Shown: positions 26,687 through 37,957, numbered from the stretch's first letter. The stretch is 64,000 nucleotides of DNA from an uncultured Chloroflexia bacterium (GCA_963813535.1 CAWEZH010000002.1:768001-832000); one strand, 5' to 3'. Translations and numbers: made by a program. Notes: a model not told the origin generated them from the letters alone.

Positions 26687-29445
26687 CAGCCCCCCGCGCC
26701 GAGCCGTTCGGCGACCGAGCTCCGGACCGCGGCCTCTGCCTCTGCCAGACCGTCGCGGCGGGTGCCCATGCCCTGGGCCATCTGCGGACGGCCACCGCCC
26801 TTCGCGCCGATCGGCCCGGCCGCCACCTTCACGAGGTCGCCAGCCGACAGCCCGCGATCGACCAGGTCGTCCGATACGGTCACCCAGACCTGTGGCGCTT
26901 CCGCGTCGAGGAACATCGCGATGATCCCGCTCCCGAGCGCGACGCGGACCTCCTTGGAGGCGGCCTTGAGCGCATCCATCGACTCGTACGGGACCGTCGC
27001 CACGACGAGCCGGACCCCCGGCACGACCTCCTCGGCGCGGGCCGCAAGCTCGGCAGGTCTGGGCACGCCACCCCCGCCTGCCCGCAGGCGACGCCTCGTC
27101 TCGCGCAGCTCCTCCTGGAGCGCGGCGACGCGATCCTCGAGGCGATCGATGGAGTTGGCGCCGACCACCTCGGCGAGTCGTTCGAGCGTTTCCGAGCGCT
27201 CACGGCTCAGCCGGTCGGCGGTCGCACCGGTCACGGCCTCGATGCGCCGCTGGCCGGACCCGATGCTGCGTTCGCCGGTGATCAGGAAGCCGCCGATCTG
27301 GCCCGTCGCCCGGCAATGCGTCCCGCCGCACAGCTCGAAGCTGTAGTCCTGGACGCGGACCGTGCGCACCGTCTCGCCGTACTTCTCGTCGAAGAAGGCA
27401 TCGGCGCCCCGGGCGATCGCCTCGTCCATCGGCAGGAACTCCACGCTGACCGGTCGATCGTCACGGATGATCCCGTGGACCTCGTCCTCGATCGCCCGCT
27501 TCTCGTCGTCCGTGAGGGCGCGATCGAATGGGTAGTCGAAGCGGAGATAGTCGGGATGGACGAGCGAACCTGCCTGGCGCGCCGAGTTCCCGACGACGTT
27601 CCGCAACGCCCGGTGCAGAAGGTGCGTACCGGTGTGGTTGCGCATCGTGTGGGCGCGTCGGTCGGCGTCGACCACCGCCTCGACGATCTCGCCCACCTTC
27701 AGCCGGCCACGCAGTGTCCCGCGATGGACGATCAGCCCGCCGACGGGGCGCTGCGTGTCCTCGACCGAGAACAGCTCGCTGCCACCGGGCTCTCGGATGA
27801 CGCCCTGGTCCCCGACCTGCCCGCCACCCTCGGCGTAGAACGGTGTCTGGTCGAGCACGACCTCCGCCGCGCCATGGCCGGTCAGCTCGCTGAGCTCCAT
27901 GCCGTCGCGGATGATCGCGACGACGCGGCCCTCTGCTGTTGTCGTGTCGTAACCCAGGAACTCGCTGTCGCCGACACGGCCCTGCATCGCGCCGTAGAGG
28001 GACGCCAGCTCGGCGTGCTTCGCCAATTCGGCCTTCTTGCCCGAACGGCTCCGCTCGCGTTGTTCCGCCAGGGCGGCGTCGAAGCCGGCTCGGTCGATCG
28101 CGACGCCGTACTCGGCCGCGAGCTCGGCCGTCAGGTCGACCGGGAACCCGTAGGTATCGTGGAGCCGGAACGCGACCTCGCCCGGGAGGGCCGGCGCACC
28201 CGCCGGCAGATCCTCGGGTCGCCGCCCGATCACGCGCTCTTCCCCGGTGAGGGGGATGAGCGCCTCCTCGAGGTGGACGGTGCCGGCGTCGAGGGTCCGC
28301 GCGAACTGCACCTCCTCGCGGCCGATCACGGACAGGACCTGGTCGCGCTTCTCGACGAGGTGGGGATAGGCGTCGGCCATGACGTCGATCACCACTGACG
28401 CCGTGTCGGTCATGAACGGCTCCCGTCGGCCGAGCAGGCGTCCATGGCGGACGGCTCGACGCAGGATGCGGCGCAGGACGTAGCCCCTCCCTTCATTGCT
28501 GGGTAGGACGTCGTCCGCGATGAGGAACGTGACGGCACGCGAATGATCGGCGATGACCTGGTAGCTGAACCGCTCCTGCTCGAAGGCACCCGGGTCATGG
28601 CCGAGCAGCTCGCGCATCCGCTCGTGGATCGGCGTGAACAGGTCCGTGTCGTAGTTGGTCGGGACCTGCTGGACGACGCTCGCCAGCCGCTCGAGACCCA
28701 TCCCGGTGTCGACGCCCGGTGCCGGCAACGGCACGAGCGACCCATCGGGCTGGAGGTCGAACTCCATGAACACGAGGTTCCAGATCTCGAGCCAGCGCGG
28801 ACAGGTCTCGCTGTGGTCCGGGATGCACTCCGGACCCTCGCTGAGGTGCGCGCCCCGATCGAAGTGGATCTCGCTACACGGCCCGCACGGTCCGATGTCG
28901 GCCATGCGCCACCAGTTCTTCTCGTCGCCGTTGGGGAAATCGCCCCAGCGCACGAGTCGCTCCGGCGGCAGGCCGATCTCGTCGCGCCAGACGTCGAAGG
29001 CGAGGTCATCGGTCGTGTAGGTGGTCGCGGCGAGCCGCTCGGCGGGGATCCCGAGGTCACGCGTCAGGAAGTCCCATGCCCAGTGGATCGCCTCGCGCTT
29101 GAAATAGTCGCCGAAGCTCCAATTCCCGAGCATCTCGAAGAGCGTGTGGTGACGCGGCGTCCGCCCCACCTCCTCGAAGTCGTTGTGCTTGCCGGCGACG
29201 CGCAGGCTGCGCTGGTAGTCGACCGCCCGTTTGTAACTGCGGGTCTCCTTGCCGGTCAGGACGTCCTTGAACTGGACCATCCCGCTGTTGGTGAACAGCA
29301 GCGTCTGATCGCCGGCGGGCACGAGGCTCGCGCTCGGGACGACCGTGTGGTTCCGCTCAGCGAAGAACTCGATGAACCGGTCACGGAGTTCCGACGCAGG
29401 CCGCCACGCGATCCGGGGATCCGGGGTGACGGGTGGGGTCGACAT
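26686..29445 (-). CDS. alaS: Alanine--tRNA ligase
   Basis: LLFTNSGMVQFK, HHTLFEMLGNWSFGDYFK, GPCGPCSE, EIWNLVFM, DTGMGLER, NHTGTH, ELCGGTH, GGGRPQMAQG. Confidence 0.98.
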   Translation of the reverse strand: MSTPPVTPDPRIAWRPASELRDRFIEFFAERNHTVVPSASLVPAGDQTLLFTNSGMVQFKDVLTGKETRSYKRAVDYQRSLRVAGKHNDFEEVGRTPRHHTLFEMLGNWSFGDYFKREAIHWAWDFLTRDLGIPAERLAATTYTTDDLAFDVWRDEIGLPPERLVRWGDFPNGDEKNWWRMADIGPCGPCSEIHFDRGAHLSEGPECIPDHSETCPRWLEIWNLVFMEFDLQPDGSLVPLPAPGVDTGMGLERLASVVQQVPTNYDTDLFTPIHERMRELLGHDPGAFEQERFSYQVIADHSRAVTFLIADDVLPSNEGRGYVLRRILRRAVRHGRLLGRREPFMTDTASVVIDVMADAYPHLVEKRDQVLSVIGREEVQFARTLDAGTVHLEEALIPLTGEERVIGRRPEDLPAGAPALPGEVAFRLHDTYGFPVDLTAELAAEYGVAIDRAGFDAALAEQRERSRSGKKAELAKHAELASLYGAMQGRVGDSEFLGYDTTTAEGRVVAIIRDGMELSELTGHGAAEVVLDQTPFYAEGGGQVGDQGVIREPGGSELFSVEDTQRPVGGLIVHRGTLRGRLKVGEIVEAVVDADRRAHTMRNHTGTHLLHRALRNVVGNSARQAGSLVHPDYLRFDYPFDRALTDDEKRAIEDEVHGIIRDDRPVSVEFLPMDEAIARGADAFFDEKYGETVRTVRVQDYSFELCGGTHCRATGQIGGFLITGERSIGSGQRRIEAVTGATADRLSRERSETLERLAEVVGANSIDRLEDRVAALQEELRETRRRLRAGGGGVPRPAELAARAEEVVPGVRLVVATVPYESMDALKAASKEVRVALGSGIIAMFLDAEAPQVWVTVSDDLVDRGLSAGDLVKVAAGPIGAKGGGRPQMAQGMGTRRDGLAEAEAAVRSSVAERLGAGG

Positions 29446-29521
29446 CGGCGGCAATGGTACCCAACGCAGCGGGGCCGCCTATGCAAGGTACCCGCGATGT
29501 GCGCGTGCGACCGGCATGATG

Positions 29522-29575
29522 CGACCGACCTCGTGAGACGGCCAAGGTGGGTCGGTCGGAAACCGCAGACGAGGT
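29522..29575 (+). promoter_or_regulatory. Structured 5' leader with alternative anti-SD pairing upstream of the small zinc-ribbon gene
   Basis: Stem CGACCGACC(29522-30)/GGTCGGTCG(29550-58) competes with ACCTCGT(29528-34)/ACGAGGT(29569-75, contains the SD). Confidence 0.35.
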
Positions 29576-29581
29576 GCCCAC

Positions 29582-29767
29582 ATGGGCTACGTCCGCAAGT
29601 GCGAGAAATGCGGAACCATCGATTCGCGCCAGCGCTGGTCGTCGCCGAGCGAGGCGGCATCGCAGGACGCGTTCAACAATTGGACGTGTGTGTCCTGTGC
29701 ATGGACCGAGTTCGACCTGGTCGAAGAGGAGACCGAGGTAGAGGCGCAGGCACAGGCGACGCGCTGA
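29582..29767 (+). CDS. 61-aa zinc-ribbon/rubredoxin-like protein
   Basis: CEKC...CVSC pairs, acidic tail, GAGGT SD upstream, typical codon usage. Confidence 0.75.
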   Translation: MGYVRKCEKCGTIDSRQRWSSPSEAASQDAFNNWTCVSCAWTEFDLVEEETEVEAQAQATR

Positions 29768-29772
29768 ACCTC

Positions 29773-29800
29773 ACTCAGCCGCGTCTCAGACCATTCTCAC
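29773..29800 (+). promoter_or_regulatory. Three direct hexamer repeats at 11-bp period (OmpR/PhoB-family-type operator)
   Basis: ACTCAG-n5-TCTCAG-n5-TCTCAC. Confidence 0.45.
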
Positions 29801-29849
29801 GCTCGAGCGGGACGCTCCGGAGGTCGAAGACCCCCCGGAGACGTCCCGC

Positions 29850-30692
29850 ATGACCACGCCCGCCCCACTGTCCCCACCCAACCCGATCGACGAGGTCGAT
29901 GACGACGACCGGCTGATCGGTCGCATCCTGACGCGACGCGAGGTCCTGGCGCTCATCGGCGCCGGCGGCACCGCCGCGTTCCTCGCGGCGTGCACGCCTG
30001 CCGGGTCGGCGTCACCCGCTGCTTCCGGCGGCCCATCGGCCGCTGCATCAGCCAGCGCGAGCGCCGCCGCGACCGCCGACGCCTCGGCTGCCATCGCGAC
30101 GGCCCTGCCCGCGTGCGTCGTGGCACCCGAGCTCACCGAGGGTCCGTACTACGTCGACGTCGACCTCGAGCGCTCCGACATCCGGACGAACACCGCCGAC
30201 AGCGTGGCGGTCGAAGGTGCGCCGCTCGTCCTTGACTGGGTCGTGTCGCAGGCCGATGGATCGGCGTGCATGCCGATGGAAGGCGTGGTCGTCGACGTCT
30301 GGCATTGCGATGCCCTGGGGACGTATTCCGGCGTCCAGGGCAACTCGGCGAACTTCCTGCGCGGCTTCCAGCGCACCGACAGCCAGGGCAAGGCGTCGTT
30401 CACGACGATCTACCCGGGCTGGTACCAGGGCCGCGCCGTGCACGTCCATTTCAAGATCCGTACCGATCCCGACGCGGAAGCGGGCTTCGAGTTCACGTCG
30501 CAGCTGTTCTTCGACGATGACGTCAGCCGCTCCGTGTACGCGACCGGCGTGTACGCCCAGAAGGGCGCGCAGGACCAGCCGAATGAGTCAGACCAGATCT
30601 TCAACCAGAGTGGCGGCATGACGTTGCTCTCCGTGACCCAGGAGGGCGACGGCTACCGGGCCACCTTCCCGATCGCGGTCCAGCTGACCTAG
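29850..30692 (+). CDS. Secreted intradiol ring-cleavage dioxygenase-like protein (Tat lipoprotein)
   Basis: TRREVL twin-arginine motif plus LAAC lipobox; EGPYY, VDVWHCDA.G.YS, FLRG.Q.TD, TIYPGWYQGRAVHVH, TSQLFF. Confidence 0.85.
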   Translation: MTTPAPLSPPNPIDEVDDDDRLIGRILTRREVLALIGAGGTAAFLAACTPAGSASPAASGGPSAAASASASAAATADASAAIATALPACVVAPELTEGPYYVDVDLERSDIRTNTADSVAVEGAPLVLDWVVSQADGSACMPMEGVVVDVWHCDALGTYSGVQGNSANFLRGFQRTDSQGKASFTTIYPGWYQGRAVHVHFKIRTDPDAEAGFEFTSQLFFDDDVSRSVYATGVYAQKGAQDQPNESDQIFNQSGGMTLLSVTQEGDGYRATFPIAVQLT

Positions 30693-30808
30693 CCCTTGGG
30701 GCGCCGCCCGAATGCGCGCCACAAGCGCGACCCGGCGATGATCGCGCCGAGGATCGCGCCGATCGTCAGCCCACGCAGGAAGTTGGCGGTCGAGTGATCG
30801 TCGTTCAT
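30689..30808 (-). CDS. 39-aa membrane peptide with YtxH-like N-terminal motif (absent from the ORF track)
   Basis: MNDDHSTANFLRGLTIGAILGAIIAGSRLWRAFGRRPKG*; last gene of the mnmA operon; its stop overlaps the convergent dioxygenase stop. Confidence 0.6.
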   Translation of the reverse strand: MNDDHSTANFLRGLTIGAILGAIIAGSRLWRAFGRRPKG

Positions 30809-30818
30809 GCCAGTCCGT

Positions 30819-31100
30819 TCATGTCGGTCGTTGGGAGTTCGGGCCGAGGACCGCGATGACCGACACGATCGCGATGCCCAGCCATGCCACGATCGACGCG
30901 CCGACGAGGTGGTAGTCCCCGAGCGTCACGATGTCGATCCCGAGGCGCCCGAAGATCGCGTCGCCGGCCCACGCGCCGAGGATCGCCGCCGCGACGAGAG
31001 CGGGAAGCCGACCGCCCGCCGAACCACGGATCGCGACCGAGAGGGCCGCATGGAACACTCCGACCAGCACCGATAGCACGAGTGAGGGCTCAAGGCTCAC
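30819..31100 (-). CDS. Small 3-TM membrane protein
   Basis: Three hydrophobic helices with a G-A-W-A-G motif; GTGA overlap with the mnmA stop. Confidence 0.7.
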   Translation of the reverse strand: MSLEPSLVLSVLVGVFHAALSVAIRGSAGGRLPALVAAAILGAWAGDAIFGRLGIDIVTLGDYHLVGASIVAWLGIAIVSVIAVLGPNSQRPT

Positions 31101-32215
31101 GCGCCGACGAGCGACGCCTCGCGCCCGACCGCTCGATCCGCAGCGACGGCGATCCGACCACCCCCGAGGACTTCGTCGCCGTCATAGAAGACGGCCGCCT
31201 GTCCCGGCGCCGCGGCCCACACGGGTTCGTCTGTTCGCACGAGCCAGCGGCGATCGCCGAGCGGCGCCACGGTGGCATCGATCGGCGTGGCGCGATGACG
31301 GATCCGCACGGCCGCCCGGAAGGGCTCGGACGGGGCGACCTCCCCGATGAACGAGCCGCGCTCGACGGTGAAGTCGTGGGTCTCAAGGTCCTCGCGTCGA
31401 CCGAGCTGGATCGTGTTGGAGATCGGGTCGATGCGCGAGACGTACCGCGGCGCGCCGAGTGCCACGCCAAGGCCCTGCCGCTGCCCGACGGTATAGGCGG
31501 GCGTCCCCTGGTGCTCACCGACGGGGGAGCCGTCGACGTCGAGCAGCGTGCCCGCCTCGGGCCGCCAGCCGGCGCGCGTCCGGAGCGCCTCGCGATAGTC
31601 GCCGCCCGGCACGAAGCAGATCTCCTGGCTCTCGGGCTTCTCGGCGGTGACGAGACCCAGCGACCGGGCGACGTCGCGGACCTCGGGCTTGGTCAGCTCG
31701 CCGAGCGGGAAGCGGGCGTGCGCGAGCTGGTCCGCACGCAACCCGTACAGGAAATAGGTCTGATCCTTGGCTTCGTCGCGTGCTCGGTACAGCCGCGCCC
31801 GTCCATCGTCGCCGACCAGCCGGCGCGCATAGTGCCCGGTCGCGACCGCCTCGCACTCGTACATGTGCCGTGCACGCCCGAGCAGCGCCCCGAACTTCAC
31901 GTACGTGTTGCAGTCGACGCACGGGCTCGGCGTCCGCCCGTCGATGTACGCATCCAGGAATGGCTGGAGGACCCCAGCGTCGAACTCGCGCTCGAGGTTC
32001 ATGACGTAGAACGGGATGTCGAGCTGGGCGGCCACGCGTCGGGCATCGTCGGCGGCATCAAGCGAGCAGCAGCTCTTCTTGAACTCGGAGTACGTGTCGG
32101 CCACGTCGTGGAGGCGCATCCACACGCCCACGACCTCGTGACCCTGCTCGTGAAGGATGGCCGCCGCGACCGAGGAATCGACCCCGCCCGACATCGCGAC
32201 CAGGATCCGGCTCAC
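31097..32215 (-). CDS. mnmA: tRNA-specific 2-thiouridylase MnmA
   Basis: [65 protein letters not shown]. Confidence 0.97.
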   Translation of the reverse strand: MSRILVAMSGGVDSSVAAAILHEQGHEVVGVWMRLHDVADTYSEFKKSCCSLDAADDARRVAAQLDIPFYVMNLEREFDAGVLQPFLDAYIDGRTPSPCVDCNTYVKFGALLGRARHMYECEAVATGHYARRLVGDDGRARLYRARDEAKDQTYFLYGLRADQLAHARFPLGELTKPEVRDVARSLGLVTAEKPESQEICFVPGGDYREALRTRAGWRPEAGTLLDVDGSPVGEHQGTPAYTVGQRQGLGVALGAPRYVSRIDPISNTIQLGRREDLETHDFTVERGSFIGEVAPSEPFRAAVRIRHRATPIDATVAPLGDRRWLVRTDEPVWAAAPGQAAVFYDGDEVLGGGRIAVAADRAVGREASLVGA

Positions 32216-33396
32216 GCTGTCACGCCCTGGCCGAGCGGGTCGCGGGCCACCGACGCCGTTCCGACCTGCATCGATGCGATGACCCGCGGAACGACGTCCG
32301 CGGCAGTCGTCACGTCCTCGTCGGTGGTCGTCCGGCCGAGCGACAGGCGGAGCGCCCCGCGCGCCTCGTCCTCCGGGTAACCCATCGCCGAGAGGACATG
32401 GCTGACCTCGGTCGAGCCGGTGGTACAGGCAGATCCGACCGACGTCGCGATCCCCTCGAGATCGAGCGACAGGCTGACGGCGGCGCCATCGGTGCCGCGC
32501 GCGATGATCGACAGCAGCCCGGGCAGCCGGTCGGTCGGATGGCCGGTCAGCTCGGTCTCGGGGACCCTGAGGATGGCCCGCCCGATCCGGTCGCGCCCGG
32601 CGCGCAGTCGCTTGGCGGTCGCAGGACGCTCGGCGGCACACAGCTCGTAGGCCACCGCGAGTCCGACTGCGCCGGCCACGTTCTCGGTCCCTGCCCGTCG
32701 GTGCCGCTCCTGCTCGCCGCCGTGCTGCTGGGCGAGGATGTGCGTCCCGTGCCGGACGTACAGCGCCCCGATGCCCTTGGGTCCCTCGAACTTGTGGCCG
32801 CTGATCGACACGAGATCGACCCCGAGGTCGTGCAGCTTCAGATCCACGTACGGCGCTGCCTGCACCGCATCGACATGGAGGAGGATGCCCTTGCGCGACG
32901 CGACCCGCTTCGCGATCTCGGCCACCGGCTGGACGGTGCCGACCTCGTTGTTGGCGAGCATGATCGAGACCAGGATCGTCCGGTCGCTGAGCTCCGCCTC
33001 GAGCTGGTCAGGATCGACTCGACCGTAGCGGTCGACCGGCAGCTCGACGATCTCAAAGCCGAACTTCTCGAGGTAGCGCAGCGCGTGACCGACCGCGTGA
33101 TGCTCGATCGACGACGTGACGATGCGGTGGCCGCGCGCCTTGCCTGCCCAGGCGGCGCCCTTCAGCGCGAGGTTGTTCGCCTCGGTGCCGCCCGACGTGA
33201 ACACGACCTCGCGCGGCTCGACGCCGAGCGCCGCGGCGAGTCGATCGTGGGCGTCGTCGAGGGCGGCACGGGCGACCCGTCCGAAGGCATGCGCCGACGA
33301 CGGGTTCCCGAAGGATTCCGTGAGGAACGGCAGCATCGCGTCGAGGACCTCGCGCCGGACGGGCGTCGTCGCGGCGTGATCCATGTAGATCGGCAT
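32212..33396 (-). CDS. iscS: Cysteine desulfurase (IscS/NifS family)
   Basis: [47 protein letters not shown] (catalytic Cys). Confidence 0.94.
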   Translation of the reverse strand: MPIYMDHAATTPVRREVLDAMLPFLTESFGNPSSAHAFGRVARAALDDAHDRLAAALGVEPREVVFTSGGTEANNLALKGAAWAGKARGHRIVTSSIEHHAVGHALRYLEKFGFEIVELPVDRYGRVDPDQLEAELSDRTILVSIMLANNEVGTVQPVAEIAKRVASRKGILLHVDAVQAAPYVDLKLHDLGVDLVSISGHKFEGPKGIGALYVRHGTHILAQQHGGEQERHRRAGTENVAGAVGLAVAYELCAAERPATAKRLRAGRDRIGRAILRVPETELTGHPTDRLPGLLSIIARGTDGAAVSLSLDLEGIATSVGSACTTGSTEVSHVLSAMGYPEDEARGALRLSLGRTTTDEDVTTAADVVPRVIASMQVGTASVARDPLGQGVTA

Positions 33397-33445
33397 CGCG
33401 GGCGATCGTACACCCGGTCGCTGATCGGCCAGAACGGAGCGATCG

Positions 33446-34624
33446 CTAGGTCGCGGTCACCTGGAGCAGCCGTCCGTCGATCGTGACCGCGAAGAGTTCG
33501 CCGTTCTCGGCCTCACCGAACGAGGTCACGTTCAGGCTCGTGTCCTTGCGCATCCACAGGCTCGACCCGGCGGCCGGCATCGAATAGAACCGGCCGTTGC
33601 AGAAGTCCGCGAAGATGTACTGCCCGGCGAGCCCGGGGTACGCCGCACCGCGGTACACGTAGCCGCCGGTGATCGAGCAGGCGCCCGACGAATGACTGTA
33701 TTCGGCGACGGGCAGGAACTTGCCGGACCTGTTGCAGCTGCTCGCGTTGTAGCAGTGCTTGCCCTCCATGACGTTCCAGCCGTAGTTGCGGCCGCCCTTG
33801 TAGCCGGCCGGCTCTCGGTCGATCTCCTCGTAGCGGCCCTGGCCGACGTCGGCGATGTACAGCGAGCCTGTTCCACGATCGAACGAGATCCGCCACGGGT
33901 TGCGCAGTCCGTACGCCCAGACCTCATCGAGCCCGGAGGTCGCGCCGCGGAACGGGTTGGTGGACGGGATGCTGTAGCGGTCATAGGGTCCGGATCCGCT
34001 GCCGCCGACGTTGAGGCGCAGGATCTTGCCAAGCAGGTTCTTGGTCTTGCTCTGGCCGTTGCGCAGCGGGTCGCCGGCACCACCACCGTCACCCGTTCCG
34101 ATGTACAGGTAGCCGTCGGGGCCGAACGTCATCGAGCCGCCGTTGTGATTGCTGTTCGCGCTGTGCTCGATGACGAGGATGTTCTGGAGTGTCGTCCTGG
34201 AGGCCGCGGTCCCCGACGTATTCGCCCGCAGACGCGCCACGACGATGTCGCCGCCCGATCGCGTGTAGTACACGTACGCCCGGCGGTTGCTCTCGAACAG
34301 CGGGTGGAAGGCGATCCCGAGCAACCCCTGCTCGCCGCCAGAATCCTGGACCACGGAGCGCATGTCCAGGAAGTAGCCGGACCTGAGCGCGCCGTTCTGG
34401 AAGACGCGGACCGTACCGCGGCGCTCGACCAGGAAGAGGCGGTTCGTCCCATCGGCGGCGTTCGTCACCTGGGTCAGCGACTGCAGCCCGGTGGCTCGTT
34501 GCCACAGGCCCAGGGTGGTGGCGCCGCGGACGACACTCGCAGGGATGACGGTCATCAGGAAGAGGGCAGCCAGGCCGGCAACGAGGACGGCGCGGCGCCC
34601 GTGGCGCGATCGGTGGTGCGTCAT
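33446..34624 (-). CDS. Secreted PQQ-dependent glucose/sorbosone dehydrogenase-family beta-propeller
   Basis: Signal peptide; EQGLLGIAFHP, NHNGG..FGPDGYLYIGTGDGG, LLGKILR, YGLRNPWR, DVGQ..EE, NYGW, SITGGYVYRG, SFGE. Confidence 0.9.
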   Translation of the reverse strand: MTHHRSRHGRRAVLVAGLAALFLMTVIPASVVRGATTLGLWQRATGLQSLTQVTNAADGTNRLFLVERRGTVRVFQNGALRSGYFLDMRSVVQDSGGEQGLLGIAFHPLFESNRRAYVYYTRSGGDIVVARLRANTSGTAASRTTLQNILVIEHSANSNHNGGSMTFGPDGYLYIGTGDGGGAGDPLRNGQSKTKNLLGKILRLNVGGSGSGPYDRYSIPSTNPFRGATSGLDEVWAYGLRNPWRISFDRGTGSLYIADVGQGRYEEIDREPAGYKGGRNYGWNVMEGKHCYNASSCNRSGKFLPVAEYSHSSGACSITGGYVYRGAAYPGLAGQYIFADFCNGRFYSMPAAGSSLWMRKDTSLNVTSFGEAENGELFAVTIDGRLLQVTAT

Positions 34625-34690
34625 GACCCCCACCCTACAACGCGATGCCAACCCGCGTCACCCCGACCATCCGGTCCGGCCCGGCCAGTC

Positions 34691-35950
34691 CTATGGGCTG
34701 AATGCCCGGCGGAGGACACGGGCGATCTCGCCCCTCACGACCGTCCTCGTGGGGCAGATCCGACCCGTCGCGCACGGGCTGATCAGGCCAGCGTCCGCGA
34801 CGGAGTTCAGGGCGGCCTCGGCACCGATGCCATCGTCGTCCGTGAAGTGATCGGTGCTACTGGGCGGCAGGTCCAGGGCTCTCGCCAGCGTCACCGCGAG
34901 GAATTGCCGGGTCACGGCGGAGGTGGCACAGAACTTGCGGGTGCCGCAGCCGGTCATGATCCCGGCGACTCCGACCCGGTTGTGATAGGCCTCGAAGCGC
35001 GAGCCCTCGTCGTCGTCGAACAGGTCCTGGCTGGTGGACGGCAGGTCCAGGAGGCGCGAGAGGAAGACCGCGAGCTCGTCGCGATGGGCCACGTTGTACG
35101 TGCAGAACAGGATCGGATCGCAGCCCGGAGACAGCCCGTTGGCGAGCCCCCATTTCGCGTCGTTGGCGTAGGCCGTCGTGCTGTAGTCGTTCACGCACGT
35201 CGAGCCGCCACCGAGCACGCGCACGGAATTCCCGCTGATCGACAGCCGGACATACGCGCAGTTGTTCGTATCGCTCTTCTCGGCGAAGTAGCCGAACAGG
35301 TCGACCGCGAATCGCAGCGTGTACGTGCCGGACGGCACGCCCGTGATGTCGATCCACTGGTAGGCGAAGTTCCATGGATACTTGTCGCCCCAGCCGACCG
35401 AGATACCGGTGCGGGTCGAGGTCGACCGGAAGGTGCCGCAGCCGGACTGCTCGTACCGCCTGGACTGTGGGGCGCGCGGCAATGACAGATAGCGCCCGTT
35501 CGTGTCGAAGAAGCAGAAGCCGATCTTGCTGTCCCGCAAGGTCCCGCGGTTGGACCACAGGTGGTAGCTCGCCATGCGCTTGATGTGATAGTGGTCGTGC
35601 CCATCACCGGCATAGCGCACCTGGGCGGCCGTCTCGATGCGCCGCGTGCCGCCGTTCGTGCGATAGATGACCTGATCGATGTCGAGCGGGACGTTCGTGC
35701 GCGGGCGGCTGCCGCGCACCTCGAACGGGCCGTCGCCGTAGTTGAGAAGGGTCGTCGTGAAGCGCAACAGCTTCCGCCCGCTCGATGATCGGGTGATGCG
35801 CAGGTCGGTGATCCGATCGGCCCGGAGGTCCGGCAACAGGTCGCTGACCGCGGCGACCGGCGCCGCCGGGATGATCACGTTGAGCGATGCAAGGAGCCCG
35901 AGGGTAACGCCGAAGCGTCGGAGCATTCGCCGGCGGCCGTGCCCACGCAT
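34691..35950 (-). CDS. Secreted lysyl-oxidase-like copper enzyme with C-terminal SLH-like repeats
   Basis: LLPDL, LLRF...NYGDGPFE, GHDHYH, KIGFCFFD, GISVGWGDKY..QWIDITGVPSGTY; C-terminal FDDD.GS.FE..NRV..AGIMTGC...FC....VTR repeats. Confidence 0.8.
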   Translation of the reverse strand: MRGHGRRRMLRRFGVTLGLLASLNVIIPAAPVAAVSDLLPDLRADRITDLRITRSSSGRKLLRFTTTLLNYGDGPFEVRGSRPRTNVPLDIDQVIYRTNGGTRRIETAAQVRYAGDGHDHYHIKRMASYHLWSNRGTLRDSKIGFCFFDTNGRYLSLPRAPQSRRYEQSGCGTFRSTSTRTGISVGWGDKYPWNFAYQWIDITGVPSGTYTLRFAVDLFGYFAEKSDTNNCAYVRLSISGNSVRVLGGGSTCVNDYSTTAYANDAKWGLANGLSPGCDPILFCTYNVAHRDELAVFLSRLLDLPSTSQDLFDDDEGSRFEAYHNRVGVAGIMTGCGTRKFCATSAVTRQFLAVTLARALDLPPSSTDHFTDDDGIGAEAALNSVADAGLISPCATGRICPTRTVVRGEIARVLRRAFSP

Positions 35951-35970
35951 CGCCCCGACCTTACACGGCG

Positions 35971-37872
<1,902 letters not shown>

Positions 37873-37957
37873 GGCGACGGAGTGTCGCACATCGCCCCGC
37901 GTCCGGCCGGAGCCGGCCAGACGACCACGCGCACCGGGCGCTGCTAGCATCGGCACG

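Noticed and set aside
29446-29520. T-box leaders for alaS, hisS or aspS; 6S RNA after aspS as in Bacillus
   Set aside because: The synthetases have -10 boxes 7-9 nt from the start with no room for a T-box, and aspS is followed immediately by EamA.
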